Shown here piece after piece: positions 17,275-26,500 of a DNA stretch of 37,250 nucleotides (the stretch's first letter is position 1; each line of letters begins with the position of its first letter). Position numbers and translations under genes: made by a program. The notes beneath the pieces were generated by a model. The model did no database searches. It was not told the origin of the DNA and saw nothing but the letters and a program-made list of their open reading frames with translations. Source of the DNA: Candidatus Woesearchaeota archaeon. GTDB lineage: Archaea; Nanobdellota; Nanobdellia; SCGC-AAA011-G17; ARS1403. The stretch spans positions 28,823 through 66,072 of the forward strand of contig CAYJRS010000001.1 in NCBI GenBank assembly GCA_964372845.1, given 5' to 3'.

Positions 17275-17922
17275 ATGGCAGATGAAGAAGAAAGCAGTGG
17301 AATTGGAACGGTTATAGGCGTGGTTGTACTGCTAATAGCTCTTGTTACTCTCGGTTGGCTTTTTGCTTCTAAGTCTGGGGAGGTGACTAAACTTGCTGAT
17401 AAATTCTTTCCAGATTCCGAGGAGCTGGGGGAAATAAAGAAAATACAGGAAGATGTATTTGAGGGAGAAGAAATCATGATGAAAAAAGAAGAGGAGGCTG
17501 CGGAGGCGATTTTAGCTGTTTTTGAAAGACTTTCTAGAAGTAAAGATGATGAATGCATAATGGATTTTACATTCGATAAGATTGAAGACAAGGATTTTAA
17601 AATAAAAGTTGACGGGAAGAGAGTTGAAGTCTTGAAGAAAGATGGTTTGAGGGTGTATAGAAATGAGGAGCCCTATAAGAAAAAATTTTTTTTTATGAAA
17701 AGCAGAGTGATTAAAACAGAAAAAGGAAATATCTTAGAAAGAGGGGTTAAGGCAGAGGAATTATTTTTTATTACTGATGAACTTAGTAAGATTAATAATG
17801 AGTTTGTCTTAGGAAAATGGATATATGTAGAGAAGGATTCTGTTTATTTTTTAGATAGTGATACTTCTTTTGAATACTCCGGACTGCCTGGGTTTGAAAA
17901 AAGAAAATGCAAAATTAATTAG
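17275..17922 (+). CDS. N-terminally anchored hypothetical protein of the pilus operon
   Basis: MADEEESSGIGTVIGVVVLLIALVTLGW is a single N-terminal TM segment, followed by an acidic region. No family recognised. Confidence 0.5.
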   Translation: MADEEESSGIGTVIGVVVLLIALVTLGWLFASKSGEVTKLADKFFPDSEELGEIKKIQEDVFEGEEIMMKKEEEAAEAILAVFERLSRSKDDECIMDFTFDKIEDKDFKIKVDGKRVEVLKKDGLRVYRNEEPYKKKFFFMKSRVIKTEKGNILERGVKAEELFFITDELSKINNEFVLGKWIYVEKDSVYFLDSDTSFEYSGLPGFEKRKCKIN

Positions 17923-17984
17923 AAAAGTTTAAATAAGAAAGCTTATATATGAGTAATAACTTTGTTAAAAAAAGGTGAAACTGA

Positions 17985-18356
17985 ATGGATAAGAGAGGTC
18001 AAGAAGGGCTTTCTATGAATACTATTATAATTGCGATTATTGGCATCATAGTTCTGCTTTTGATTGTTACTTTCTTTACAGGAGGCATGTCAACTATATT
18101 TAATAAAATAAGAGGGGTGTTTGGAGGCGGTACTGCTGGATACGACGTCGATCTGGCTAAAGCACAGTGCCAGTCTTATTGTGAGAGAGCAAAATTAAAC
18201 CAAGAGACTTCACAGCCGACGTCTACATATTGCACGCAGGTGTTTGATATCCTGAAAACCGATGGAAGCGGAGATACTGAACCGCAAAAATGCGGTGCTA
18301 TAACGAGTAAAATATTCACTTCGTGTAGAATAAACAATGTTCAGATTACTTGTTAA
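17985..18356 (+). CDS. pilin-like protein (6 Cys)
   Basis: N-terminus MDKRGQEGLSMNTIIIAIIGIIVLLLIV. SD-like aggtga and TATA-like elements lie upstream. Confidence 0.6.
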   Translation: MDKRGQEGLSMNTIIIAIIGIIVLLLIVTFFTGGMSTIFNKIRGVFGGGTAGYDVDLAKAQCQSYCERAKLNQETSQPTSTYCTQVFDILKTDGSGDTEPQKCGAITSKIFTSCRINNVQITC

Positions 18357-18370
18357 TTTTTTCTTTTCCT

Positions 18371-18562
18371 ATGAATAAAAAAGGTTTAACTTGGAGCACA
18401 ATTGTTTATGCAATAATTGCGATAATAGTTTTGATAGTCATTGTCTGGATTTTTCGAGAGCAGATAAATGAGATTTACAAAAGCTTAACTGTGATCATCA
18501 AAGGGACTAGCAGCGGCGCTGAAGATGCTGGCAGGGAAATTAAAGACTTAATTAAAAGCTAA
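18371..18562 (+). CDS. 63-aa pilin-like protein
   Basis: N-terminus MNKKGLTWSTIVYAIIAIIVLIVIVWI. The ATG at 18371 is preferred to the track start at 18350. Confidence 0.55.
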   Translation: MNKKGLTWSTIVYAIIAIIVLIVIVWIFREQINEIYKSLTVIIKGTSSGAEDAGREIKDLIKS

Positions 18563-18595
18563 AGTTTATATATTTTTTAAACTAAATTGCCTGAC

Positions 18596-19387
18596 ATGAA
18601 TAAGAAAGGAGTTTTTACATTGGAGTTTACAATAAGTCTGGTTTTAACTGTTCTCGTACTTATTATTCTTGGTGGTTTTCTGCTTAAAGCGTATTCTTCT
18701 CAGCAATGTCCTGTTGGTTATAATATAATTAATGATTTTTCTGATCCTACAATCTATGAATTATGCGGCAGTGCTGAAAAGTTACAGGAGAATAAACAAA
18801 GATGCTGCCAAAGGAAAAGCGATCTCAATGAAGTTTGCTTGTGGGATATGGAGGATAAAGAATATTTAAGGTGTGATAAGATATCTTTGTTTAATTTTAA
18901 TAATGTTTGCTTGGATAATACTAAATGCGGGGTTTCTAGTAGAGAATGTTCTGGAGCTTATTGCGAGAAAGGGGTTTGCCTTGTGGAAAATGGAATTGGG
19001 AGATGTGTTGAGAAATTCAATATCGGAGAAAAAAGAATCAATATTGAGAGCAATGCCCTTTGTATTGAAGGTGTGAGGGATAATATTCTTGGAAGCAAAT
19101 GCGAGGGCGAAAAAGGATTGCATTGCATCTTCGACATTAAAAATAGTAGAGCTTTATGCAGAGGAGGTGGATTCTTGGCTATTAGCGAGCAAGATGCTTT
19201 TAATGAGTGTGGAGGACTATGCGAGGAAGCGAAAGAGAGATTTACTCCTAGTGAGATGTTTAAATCTGAATTTTGCAGAAGAGGTGCAATACCAGTAAGT
19301 TCTGGCGGCAAAGATAAGCCTATTATGAAGAAATGTTCTGAGATTTATCCTGACTGCAAATGTGGAGTATCCTCTCCAGAAGAATAG
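18596..19387 (+). CDS. cysteine-rich pilin-like protein (22 Cys)
   Basis: N-terminus MNKKGVFTLEFTISLVLTVLVLIILGG, with Glu at +5 after the Gly. The ectodomain has 22 cysteines. The ATG at 18596 is preferred to the TTG at 18587. Confidence 0.6.
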   Translation: MNKKGVFTLEFTISLVLTVLVLIILGGFLLKAYSSQQCPVGYNIINDFSDPTIYELCGSAEKLQENKQRCCQRKSDLNEVCLWDMEDKEYLRCDKISLFNFNNVCLDNTKCGVSSRECSGAYCEKGVCLVENGIGRCVEKFNIGEKRINIESNALCIEGVRDNILGSKCEGEKGLHCIFDIKNSRALCRGGGFLAISEQDAFNECGGLCEEAKERFTPSEMFKSEFCRRGAIPVSSGGKDKPIMKKCSEIYPDCKCGVSSPEE

Positions 19388-19426
19388 ACAAAAACAAATA
19401 TAAATTAAAGAAATTTAGGATAATAT

Positions 19427-19807
19427 ATGAATAAAAGAGGCGAAGGGTTAGTACAGATTCAGACTGTTGAGTTTGCTTTCCTAATTGTTCTTGTTATATT
19501 TTTTTCTGTAAGGCTTTACCAACCTATTGAAGAAAACAAATTGAATCAGATTAAAGCTGAAGATTTGGCTTTAAGTATTGAAAGTTTGCCGATACTTAAT
19601 GGAGACTTGAGATTGGACTACAAGTTTGGAGATGAATACTATATTGAAGAAATCAACAATGTTATTTTCATTTATAAATTATCTGAAGTAAAAAAAGGCA
19701 GAAGCAAGGTGGGTTTAGAAAATAGTTATGATTTTGCTGAAAACATTAATGATAAGACAGAGGCTATTGTGATTGAAAAAAAAGGGAAGAAGGTGGTGAT
19801 TTACTGA
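19427..19807 (+). CDS. pilin-like protein
   Basis: N-terminus MNKRGEGLVQIQTVEFAFLIVLVIFF. It is the first of four translationally coupled genes. Confidence 0.6.
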   Translation: MNKRGEGLVQIQTVEFAFLIVLVIFFSVRLYQPIEENKLNQIKAEDLALSIESLPILNGDLRLDYKFGDEYYIEEINNVIFIYKLSEVKKGRSKVGLENSYDFAENINDKTEAIVIEKKGKKVVIY

Positions 19808-20208
19808 TGGGGGGCATTCTTGGCAGCAAGTTGGGATTTTATATCTTCTACATTTTACTTTTTACTATAGGGATTGTTCAAGTTGCCAGATTAATTAATA
19901 TTGAAGGCGAATATATTTTTAAAATTGCCGACGCTGAAGACAGGGTAGTTGTGTATAGGATAATAAAATGTGCTTCTGAAAATAATAGGTTTGGAATCAT
20001 AGATGAGTCTAAATTCGATGAAGAGATATTGAAAAATTGTTTGGGAGGGAAGTATAGTTTTTCAACAAGCTTAAAGAAATCAGAGGGATTGAATAAAAGA
20101 GTTGAGGCGGGTAGTTTGGAAAAAGATGTTAGGGATATTGCTAGGTACGTGATTGTTAACGGTAAGGGAGCAAAGCTTGAGGTGAGGTATAGTAAAAATG
20201 TTGCCTGA
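19807..20208 (+). CDS. N-terminally anchored hypothetical protein
   Basis: N-terminus MGGILGSKLGFYIFYILLFTIGIV. There is a 1-nt TGATG overlap with the previous gene. Confidence 0.5.
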   Translation: MGGILGSKLGFYIFYILLFTIGIVQVARLINIEGEYIFKIADAEDRVVVYRIIKCASENNRFGIIDESKFDEEILKNCLGGKYSFSTSLKKSEGLNKRVEAGSLEKDVRDIARYVIVNGKGAKLEVRYSKNVA

Positions 20209-20695
20209 AGATATTCAAGATCTGATAATTGCTACAGCTTTGTTGTTGATACTTCTAATAATTGGAAAATTTATTTATAATATATATGGAGCCGATTTTT
20301 CAGCAAATAGGTATATCTCTAAAGATGTCGACTTCAATGATGAAGAGAAATTTTTCTTGTTGAATTTCCTTAGAGCAGAAGCTGGAACTGGGGGGATTTC
20401 TGAATTAATATCTAAGAGCGAAGGTGAAACTAACTTGATTTCTTTACAGGAGATTAGCGAGAGTTACCTAGGATCTTATTTTGGCGGAAGAAATTATATC
20501 ATGAAGGTCCAGTATTCTGATGGGAAAGTTAGATTCATTACTGCTTCACATGCATGGGGTTTACCTAAGGGTGAGAGAGGGATTCCGACGGAGAAGCAGA
20601 AAAAATTTTGGTTTGAATTAGGCGACGGAGAAAAATTCAGAATACCTTCTTTAAAACAAGGATTAATTACAATTGAATTGAAGGTGGAAAAATGA
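20198..20695 (+). CDS. N-terminally anchored hypothetical protein
   Basis: N-terminus MLPEDIQDLIIATALLLILLIIGKF. It overlaps the upstream gene by 11 nt. Confidence 0.5.
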   Translation: MLPEDIQDLIIATALLLILLIIGKFIYNIYGADFSANRYISKDVDFNDEEKFFLLNFLRAEAGTGGISELISKSEGETNLISLQEISESYLGSYFGGRNYIMKVQYSDGKVRFITASHAWGLPKGERGIPTEKQKKFWFELGDGEKFRIPSLKQGLITIELKVEK

Positions 20696-21429
20696 ATAAC
20701 AGAGGGGCTTTATTTGCAACTTTAACTATGATAATTATGATAATCTTTGTTATTAGTATTAATGCTAGAAAGACACAAATATTAGAAGAAACTAAAATTG
20801 TTGAGACTGGAAAAATTCCTGATATTGCTATATACTTTTCTATAGAAGAAGAGACGATGAAGTTTTTTATTGAAAAATCTATGGAATATGCTTCTTTTAA
20901 TGCTCTGAAGAAAATGGGAGAGGAAGGCGGAATCTTAAAAGAGCAGAAATGCGAGAAAGTAAATGAATATGTAATATGGAAAGATGATTGCTATTTTTCT
21001 GATAACCTCGAGGAGAATTTTTTTAGTAGATTTGAAGAATTTTTTAACAATTATTTAAAAGAATATGGAGCAAGTAAAGTAAATACTGATTGGGAAATAG
21101 ATGAGAATAATAAATTCGTTATAGAAGCGGATGGTATAATTGAGCTGGAATACAAAGGAGTGAAATATGGATTCGAGCCCGATATTAAATCTGTTTTGGA
21201 TTACGACTTTAGTTATTATACTGAGATTTTAAGAAAAGCTAAAGAATGCTTGAGAGACGAGGAGTTAAAGGGGATTACAAGAAACAACTTATTTGAGAAA
21301 TGCAGAAATGACAAGGATTTTAAATGGGGGGTAAAAGTCGAAGATAAGTTTGTATTATTTAGTGTTTCTAAACCTTACAAAAATTTAGGGGATGTTTCTG
21401 TGAAATTTGCTATTCCACACAATCAATAA
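20692..21429 (+). CDS. pilin-like protein (4 Cys)
   Basis: N-terminus MNNRGALFATLTMIIMIIFVISI. There is an ATGA overlap with the upstream gene. Confidence 0.55.
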   Translation: MNNRGALFATLTMIIMIIFVISINARKTQILEETKIVETGKIPDIAIYFSIEEETMKFFIEKSMEYASFNALKKMGEEGGILKEQKCEKVNEYVIWKDDCYFSDNLEENFFSRFEEFFNNYLKEYGASKVNTDWEIDENNKFVIEADGIIELEYKGVKYGFEPDIKSVLDYDFSYYTEILRKAKECLRDEELKGITRNNLFEKCRNDKDFKWGVKVEDKFVLFSVSKPYKNLGDVSVKFAIPHNQ

Positions 21430-21460
21430 ATTTTTATATGTGTTGTAATTTTCTTCTTCT

Positions 21461-22444
21461 ATGATTGTTCCTCTAAACTATGATGCGATTGTTTCTAAAT
21501 TAAAAGAGAAAGGTATAGGTCTGTTTGAGATCGAGGAAAAGATAAAAAATAAAATGGAGCAGCTTTCTGGATTGATAAGCAAGGAGGGTGCTGCGCATAT
21601 AATTGCAAATGAACTGGGGATAAAGGTTTTTGAAGACGTTGGTGAGATAAAGATTAAAGAAGCTAAAGGTGGAATGAGAAATGTAAACTTAAATGGGAAA
21701 GTGACTGTTAACTTCGGCGTTAGAGACTTTAAAAATGATAAAAGGGCTGGAAGGGTTGGGAGCTTTGTGATCGGAGATGAGACTGGAGGTATAAGGGTTG
21801 TTCTGTGGGATGATAAGCATATAAATAATATGGGTAAAATGCAGGATGGTGACATAGTCAGAGTTGAAAACGGATACATTCGGGAAAATAATGGATATAG
21901 AGAGATTCATCTTAATAATAATTCTGCGTTTAAATTAAATCCGGAGAATGTGGATATTAAAGACGTTAAGGTAAATGGGCTTGGTGAATTTAAAAGTAAG
22001 GAGATTAAGGAGCTGCAGCAGAACGATAGAGTAAGCATTAGGGGGACAATAGTGCAGATATTCGAGCCTAGGTTTTATGAAATCTGTGGAGAGTGCGGAA
22101 GGAGAGTCAGAATAGAGAATGGAAGCTTTAAATGTGAGCAGCATGAAAAAATGAATTTAGGATATGCATGCGTTGTCAATTGTGTTTTGGATGATGGGAG
22201 TGAGAGCATAAGGGTAGCCTGCTTTAGAGAGAATGCATGTAAATTAATCGGAATTAGCGAGGAAGAATTATTAAATGTTAAAGATAAACCTGATAAATTT
22301 GAAGCCTTGAAAGATTCTACCTTGGGAAAGCAGATTAAAGCTGAGGGAAGAGTAAATAAAAATGCTATGTTTGACAGGCTGGAGTTTGTAGCTAATTATG
22401 TTGAAGAACTAAATCCTGAAGAATTATTGAAAGAGATGGAATGA
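21461..22444 (+). CDS. rpa: replication protein A (ssDNA-binding, OB folds plus zinc finger)
   Basis: The N-terminus ...LISKEGAAHIIANELGIKV is typical of archaeal RPA. OB-fold-like repeats are present. The zinc finger is CGECGRRV...CEQH. Confidence 0.8.
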   Translation: MIVPLNYDAIVSKLKEKGIGLFEIEEKIKNKMEQLSGLISKEGAAHIIANELGIKVFEDVGEIKIKEAKGGMRNVNLNGKVTVNFGVRDFKNDKRAGRVGSFVIGDETGGIRVVLWDDKHINNMGKMQDGDIVRVENGYIRENNGYREIHLNNNSAFKLNPENVDIKDVKVNGLGEFKSKEIKELQQNDRVSIRGTIVQIFEPRFYEICGECGRRVRIENGSFKCEQHEKMNLGYACVVNCVLDDGSESIRVACFRENACKLIGISEEELLNVKDKPDKFEALKDSTLGKQIKAEGRVNKNAMFDRLEFVANYVEELNPEELLKEME

Positions 22445-22899
22445 TTTTTAGAACGCATATTGCTTTTAGTTTATTGATTGGATTGTTTTCCTATTTTTAT
22501 GGCCTTGTTGATAATTGGATTTTATTTTTTTTATTTTTGTTTCTTGGCGCCGGGTTTCCTGATATCGATCATAAAAAAAGTAAATTCGGAAGAAATTTCT
22601 TTTCTAGAATTCTTGGATTTTTTTCTAAACACAGGAAAATATTTCACAGTTTATTTTTTGGAGCTGCTCTAGCATATTTATTTTTTCTTTATGATAAGGA
22701 TGCTGGGCTCGGATTCTTTCTTGGATTCTTGAGCCATATTCTTTTAGATTCTTTTACCGAGGAAGGAATTAATTTTCTATATCCTTTTCGGAAATTTGTT
22801 TTTAAGGGAATTATTAAAACCGGAGGGAGGCTAGAAGCTGTTTTGTTTTATCTTCTTGCGATAATTGATGTCTTTCTATTTTTAATTGTGCCGACGTAA
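22441..22899 (+). CDS. membrane-bound metal-dependent hydrolase (DUF457/YdjM-like)
   Basis: Motifs seen are THIAFSLL, GAGFPDIDH, HRKIFHS and SHILLDSFT. There is an ATGA overlap with rpa. Confidence 0.65.
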   Translation: MIFRTHIAFSLLIGLFSYFYGLVDNWILFFLFLFLGAGFPDIDHKKSKFGRNFFSRILGFFSKHRKIFHSLFFGAALAYLFFLYDKDAGLGFFLGFLSHILLDSFTEEGINFLYPFRKFVFKGIIKTGGRLEAVLFYLLAIIDVFLFLIVPT

Positions 22900-23256
22900 A
22901 GCTTTTAAAGTGTAACATTTTGTAATATAGGATGTTTAAACCAAAAATCGAGGATGATGAGTTTTTTGACCTTCTTGCCCAAGATTTTAATGAAGATGAT
23001 GATTTTGGAGAGGAGTTTGTTGACAAGAGAAGAGTGAGAAGGGTCTTTGTTGCGAGCTAATTTTTATTTTTTATTTTTTTCCTTTTGGAGAGGTGATATT
23101 AAATAATTCTTGTAGAATATCTTTTGGATTCAACTGACATAAGCGACATGACAGCAGAGAATTTATAAATGTTAACTATCTCTACAATTGCGAGGGGTTT
23201 AGTTTTCTAAATCTCCTTGAAATAAAAACCGAAAGGAAAATACGGAGGTAATTAAA

Positions 23257-23511
23257 ATGGGGGACTTGCCTATAAAAAAATTTAGAAGCGGCAATATAAC
23301 TTGCAGCATCTGGAGCAATAAGAGAGATGTTGAGAGAGATGGAGTGAAAATGGAGGTTGAGTTTAAAACTGTTTCTTTAAGGAAAAGCTGGGAGAAAGAC
23401 GGGAAGTGGTTTGATCATACGATTACGAATATTAGAAAAAATGATATTGCTAAAATGATTTTGCTATTGCAGAAGGCACAAGAAGAACTGCTGCTGAGCA
23501 AGGAGGAATAA
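23257..23511 (+). CDS. 84-aa protein translationally coupled to radA (possible small nucleic-acid-binding protein)
   Basis: ggaggt lies 8 nt upstream of the ATG, and the stop is 1 nt before the radA ATG. Beta-rich segments with W..DGKW are followed by a terminal helix, loosely PC4/YdbC-like. That assignment is a guess. Confidence 0.5.
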   Translation: MGDLPIKKFRSGNITCSIWSNKRDVERDGVKMEVEFKTVSLRKSWEKDGKWFDHTITNIRKNDIAKMILLLQKAQEELLLSKEE

Positions 23512-23512
23512 T

Positions 23513-26500
23513 ATGGATAAGATAGAGGATTTACCAGGGGTAGGGGCTGCGACCGCTGAAAAATTAATAAGTGCTGGATATGGTAATTTTATGTCGATAG
23601 CTGTTTCTAGTCCTGGAGAGATGGTTAATATTGCAGGGGTTACCGAGGCTACTGCTAGAAAAATAATAAATGCTGCCAGAAGCAAATTAGATATGGGGTT
23701 TGAAACTGGAGAAGAGCTGCTGAGAAAAAGAGAAAATGTTACTAAAATTTCTACTGGCAGTCAAAATTTAAATGCTATGCTTGGAGGAGGAATTGAAACT
23801 GGAGCTATAACTGAAGTTTATGGCGCCTTTGGCTCGGGAAAATGCTGCTCTTTTGAGACACCTGTTCTTTATTTTAATAATCATAGCCCTCATATTGAAC
23901 CTTTATCGGCTATCTATGAAAAATATAAGGAACTCCATGAGGAAAGGAAACAAGATGATGGTTTCTTTGTTGAAACTCCTGAGATAGAGGTTATTGGATT
24001 AGAAGGGAGACATATTAAAAAAACAAAAGCTGCTGGCATTTACAGAGAGTTTGTTGATAAACTCTATGAGATAAAAACAGGAAGGGGAAGAAAATTGAGA
24101 ATTACTGGATCACATAAACTTCTTTCTTTTTCAAAAGGATTACAATGGATGCCTGCCGGAGGGCTTAGCCAAGGTGATTTAATTGCGCATCCTAGAATCT
24201 TGCTCTATGATGGCGAAAAAACCATAAGCGAAGATGACGCTTATTTCTTGGGTTTATATGTGGCTGAAGGCGGAGGTAGAGGCATTTCTAATAATAACAA
24301 AGACCTTGTTCGTTGGATTGAAAATTATACCTTTAGTATGTTTGGATTTAAACCCAAAATTCATGAAGATAAGAGAAGAAAAGATGTTTGCTATAATCTC
24401 GGGCTTAGGAATGCTATGAAGCCTTTGCTTGGCGACCTTATGAAGTGTAACTCATCGAATAAATATATTCCTGAGTCTGTATTACTTGGAGATGAAAATA
24501 TCATAAAATCTTTCCTAGCTGGTTACGTTGACGGCGATGGTTATTTACCTGAAGATGGAGAGATAGAGATGACAACTTATAGCAAGACTCTAGCTAACAA
24601 TTTAAGTTATCTGCTGTTAAGATTAGGAATCCGTTGCTCTTATACAGAAAAAACTGCCGATGGAAAAATCTACTTTAGACTCTTTGTTTGTGGAGAGGAT
24701 AGAATGTTATTCAATACCTTGCCACTTAAATTAAAAAAAAGTTTTTATTCTTTCAGAAATAGTAAATATGGATATCCTTTACCTATTATTCGATACATTG
24801 CAGAAACTTATGCAGGAACTCTTGGAGGCAATCGCGGTTCTCATCGAAAAATTATTGGAAAACAGGCTAGTTATCATAAAGGAGAGAGATATATTTATGA
24901 CACTCTTAATCAGAAAACAAGAACTAATAGCCTTAATGATAAAACTTTGCTTGCAATTAAACTTCAATTTGAAGAAGGATTGAAGATTATTAAGGAAGCC
25001 TTGCTACTTGCGACTAGATTAGAGAAATTAAGCAAAGATGAATTTAATAATTTGCATAAACTACTTCCTTTCTCATTTAATATGATTCATGCGAGCATCG
25101 GAATCAAGCCTTCTACTACAACAAACTATATGCAAAGAGGACTTCCTAAAGATGTGGCTAAAGTGGGGAAGATAAAATCTTATATTATGCAGGAACTTCT
25201 TTTAAGAGAGGATAAACTATCGAGGGCGATTGCAGATATTAACAATGTGCTTTATTTTGCTTGGGATACAATCACAGAAATAAAACCTGTTGATTATGGG
25301 GATTATGTATATGATTTAGTTGTTCCTGAAGGGCATTTATTTGTTGGAGGGAATTTACCGACGATTTTGCATAATACTTCTCTTGCGCATCAACTAGCTG
25401 TTAATGTTCAGCTTCCGAGAGAAAAGGGCGGCGCTGAAGGAATTGCTGTTTGGATTGATAGCGAAGGGACAATAAGGCCTGAATACATTGCAAAATTAGC
25501 TGTAGCTCAAGGTTTAGATCCTAAAGGAATTTTGAAGAATTTTAGAGGGGTGAGGTCATTCAACAGCGATCATCAGGTGCTGCTTGCTGAAAAGGTTGAA
25601 GATCTAATAAAGGAAGGGTTGCCTGTCAAAATAATAATTGTTGATTCCTTGATGGGGCATTTCAGAAGCGATTTTTCTGGAAGGGGAGAGCTTGCTCCTC
25701 GTCAACAGAAATTAAATAAGCATTTGCATACTCTGCTTAAATTAGCAACTCAATATAATCTTGCAGTGTATGTTACAAATCAAGTGATGGCAAAACCTGA
25801 CACATTTTTTGGAGATCCTACTGAAGCCATCGGGGGACATGTGCTTCATCATGCTTGCTTAACTCCAGATACTTTGCTTCAATTGGCTGATGGAACGATT
25901 CTACCTATAGAAAATTTGACCAGATATGCCTCATTACCGGCTATTGACTTTAAGGATATGAAATCAAAAACTTTATTTTGTGACTTTGGTTCTAAAAGGA
26001 TGGATATTAAAAGAATATACGAAATAGACACTGGAAATAAAATTACGGCATCTGCAAGGCATAGGTTTTTTAGATTGAATAGATTACATATTGAGGAAGT
26101 TGAAGCTAAGGATCTTAAAAATGGCGATTATTTAATGCACTTAAACTTTATTGACATAGACGGCGAATTACAAAAGCTTCCTGAAATTGAACATAAAGAG
26201 CTTGTTAAGCTGAAGAAGGAAGGTGCGGATATAATCAAGGACGAACTTAAAATTAAAGGATTGACTAGGGAAAATATTTGTAAGGAAACTTCTATTAAGC
26301 CAAGGCATCTTAGAAGAATTTTAAATCAGGGCTATCCAACACAAAAAGAAGTTGTAGAGCATTTAATAAAATTAGCAGACCCTGCCGAAAGTGGAATTTA
26401 TGAGTATATAGAGGTATGTGAAACTAATAAGCATAAAATCTTAACTATTCCAAGAGAGTTAAACGAAGATTTTGCTCAGTTATTGGGATACCACCTAGGA

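Noticed and set aside
22932-23060. 42-aa acidic ORF (MFKPKIEDDEFFDLLAQDFNEDDDFGEEFVDKRRVRRVFVAS)
   Set aside because: No ribosome-binding or promoter signal stands out and there is no motif. It might be real, but the sequence alone does not support it.
23090-23140. C/D-box sRNA-like arrangement (gtgatat ... ctga) in the 196-bp spacer upstream of the radA operon
   Set aside because: The C box deviates from RUGAUGA in its last two positions. No convincing C'/D' boxes or terminal stem were seen, so this is probably chance in AT-rich DNA.
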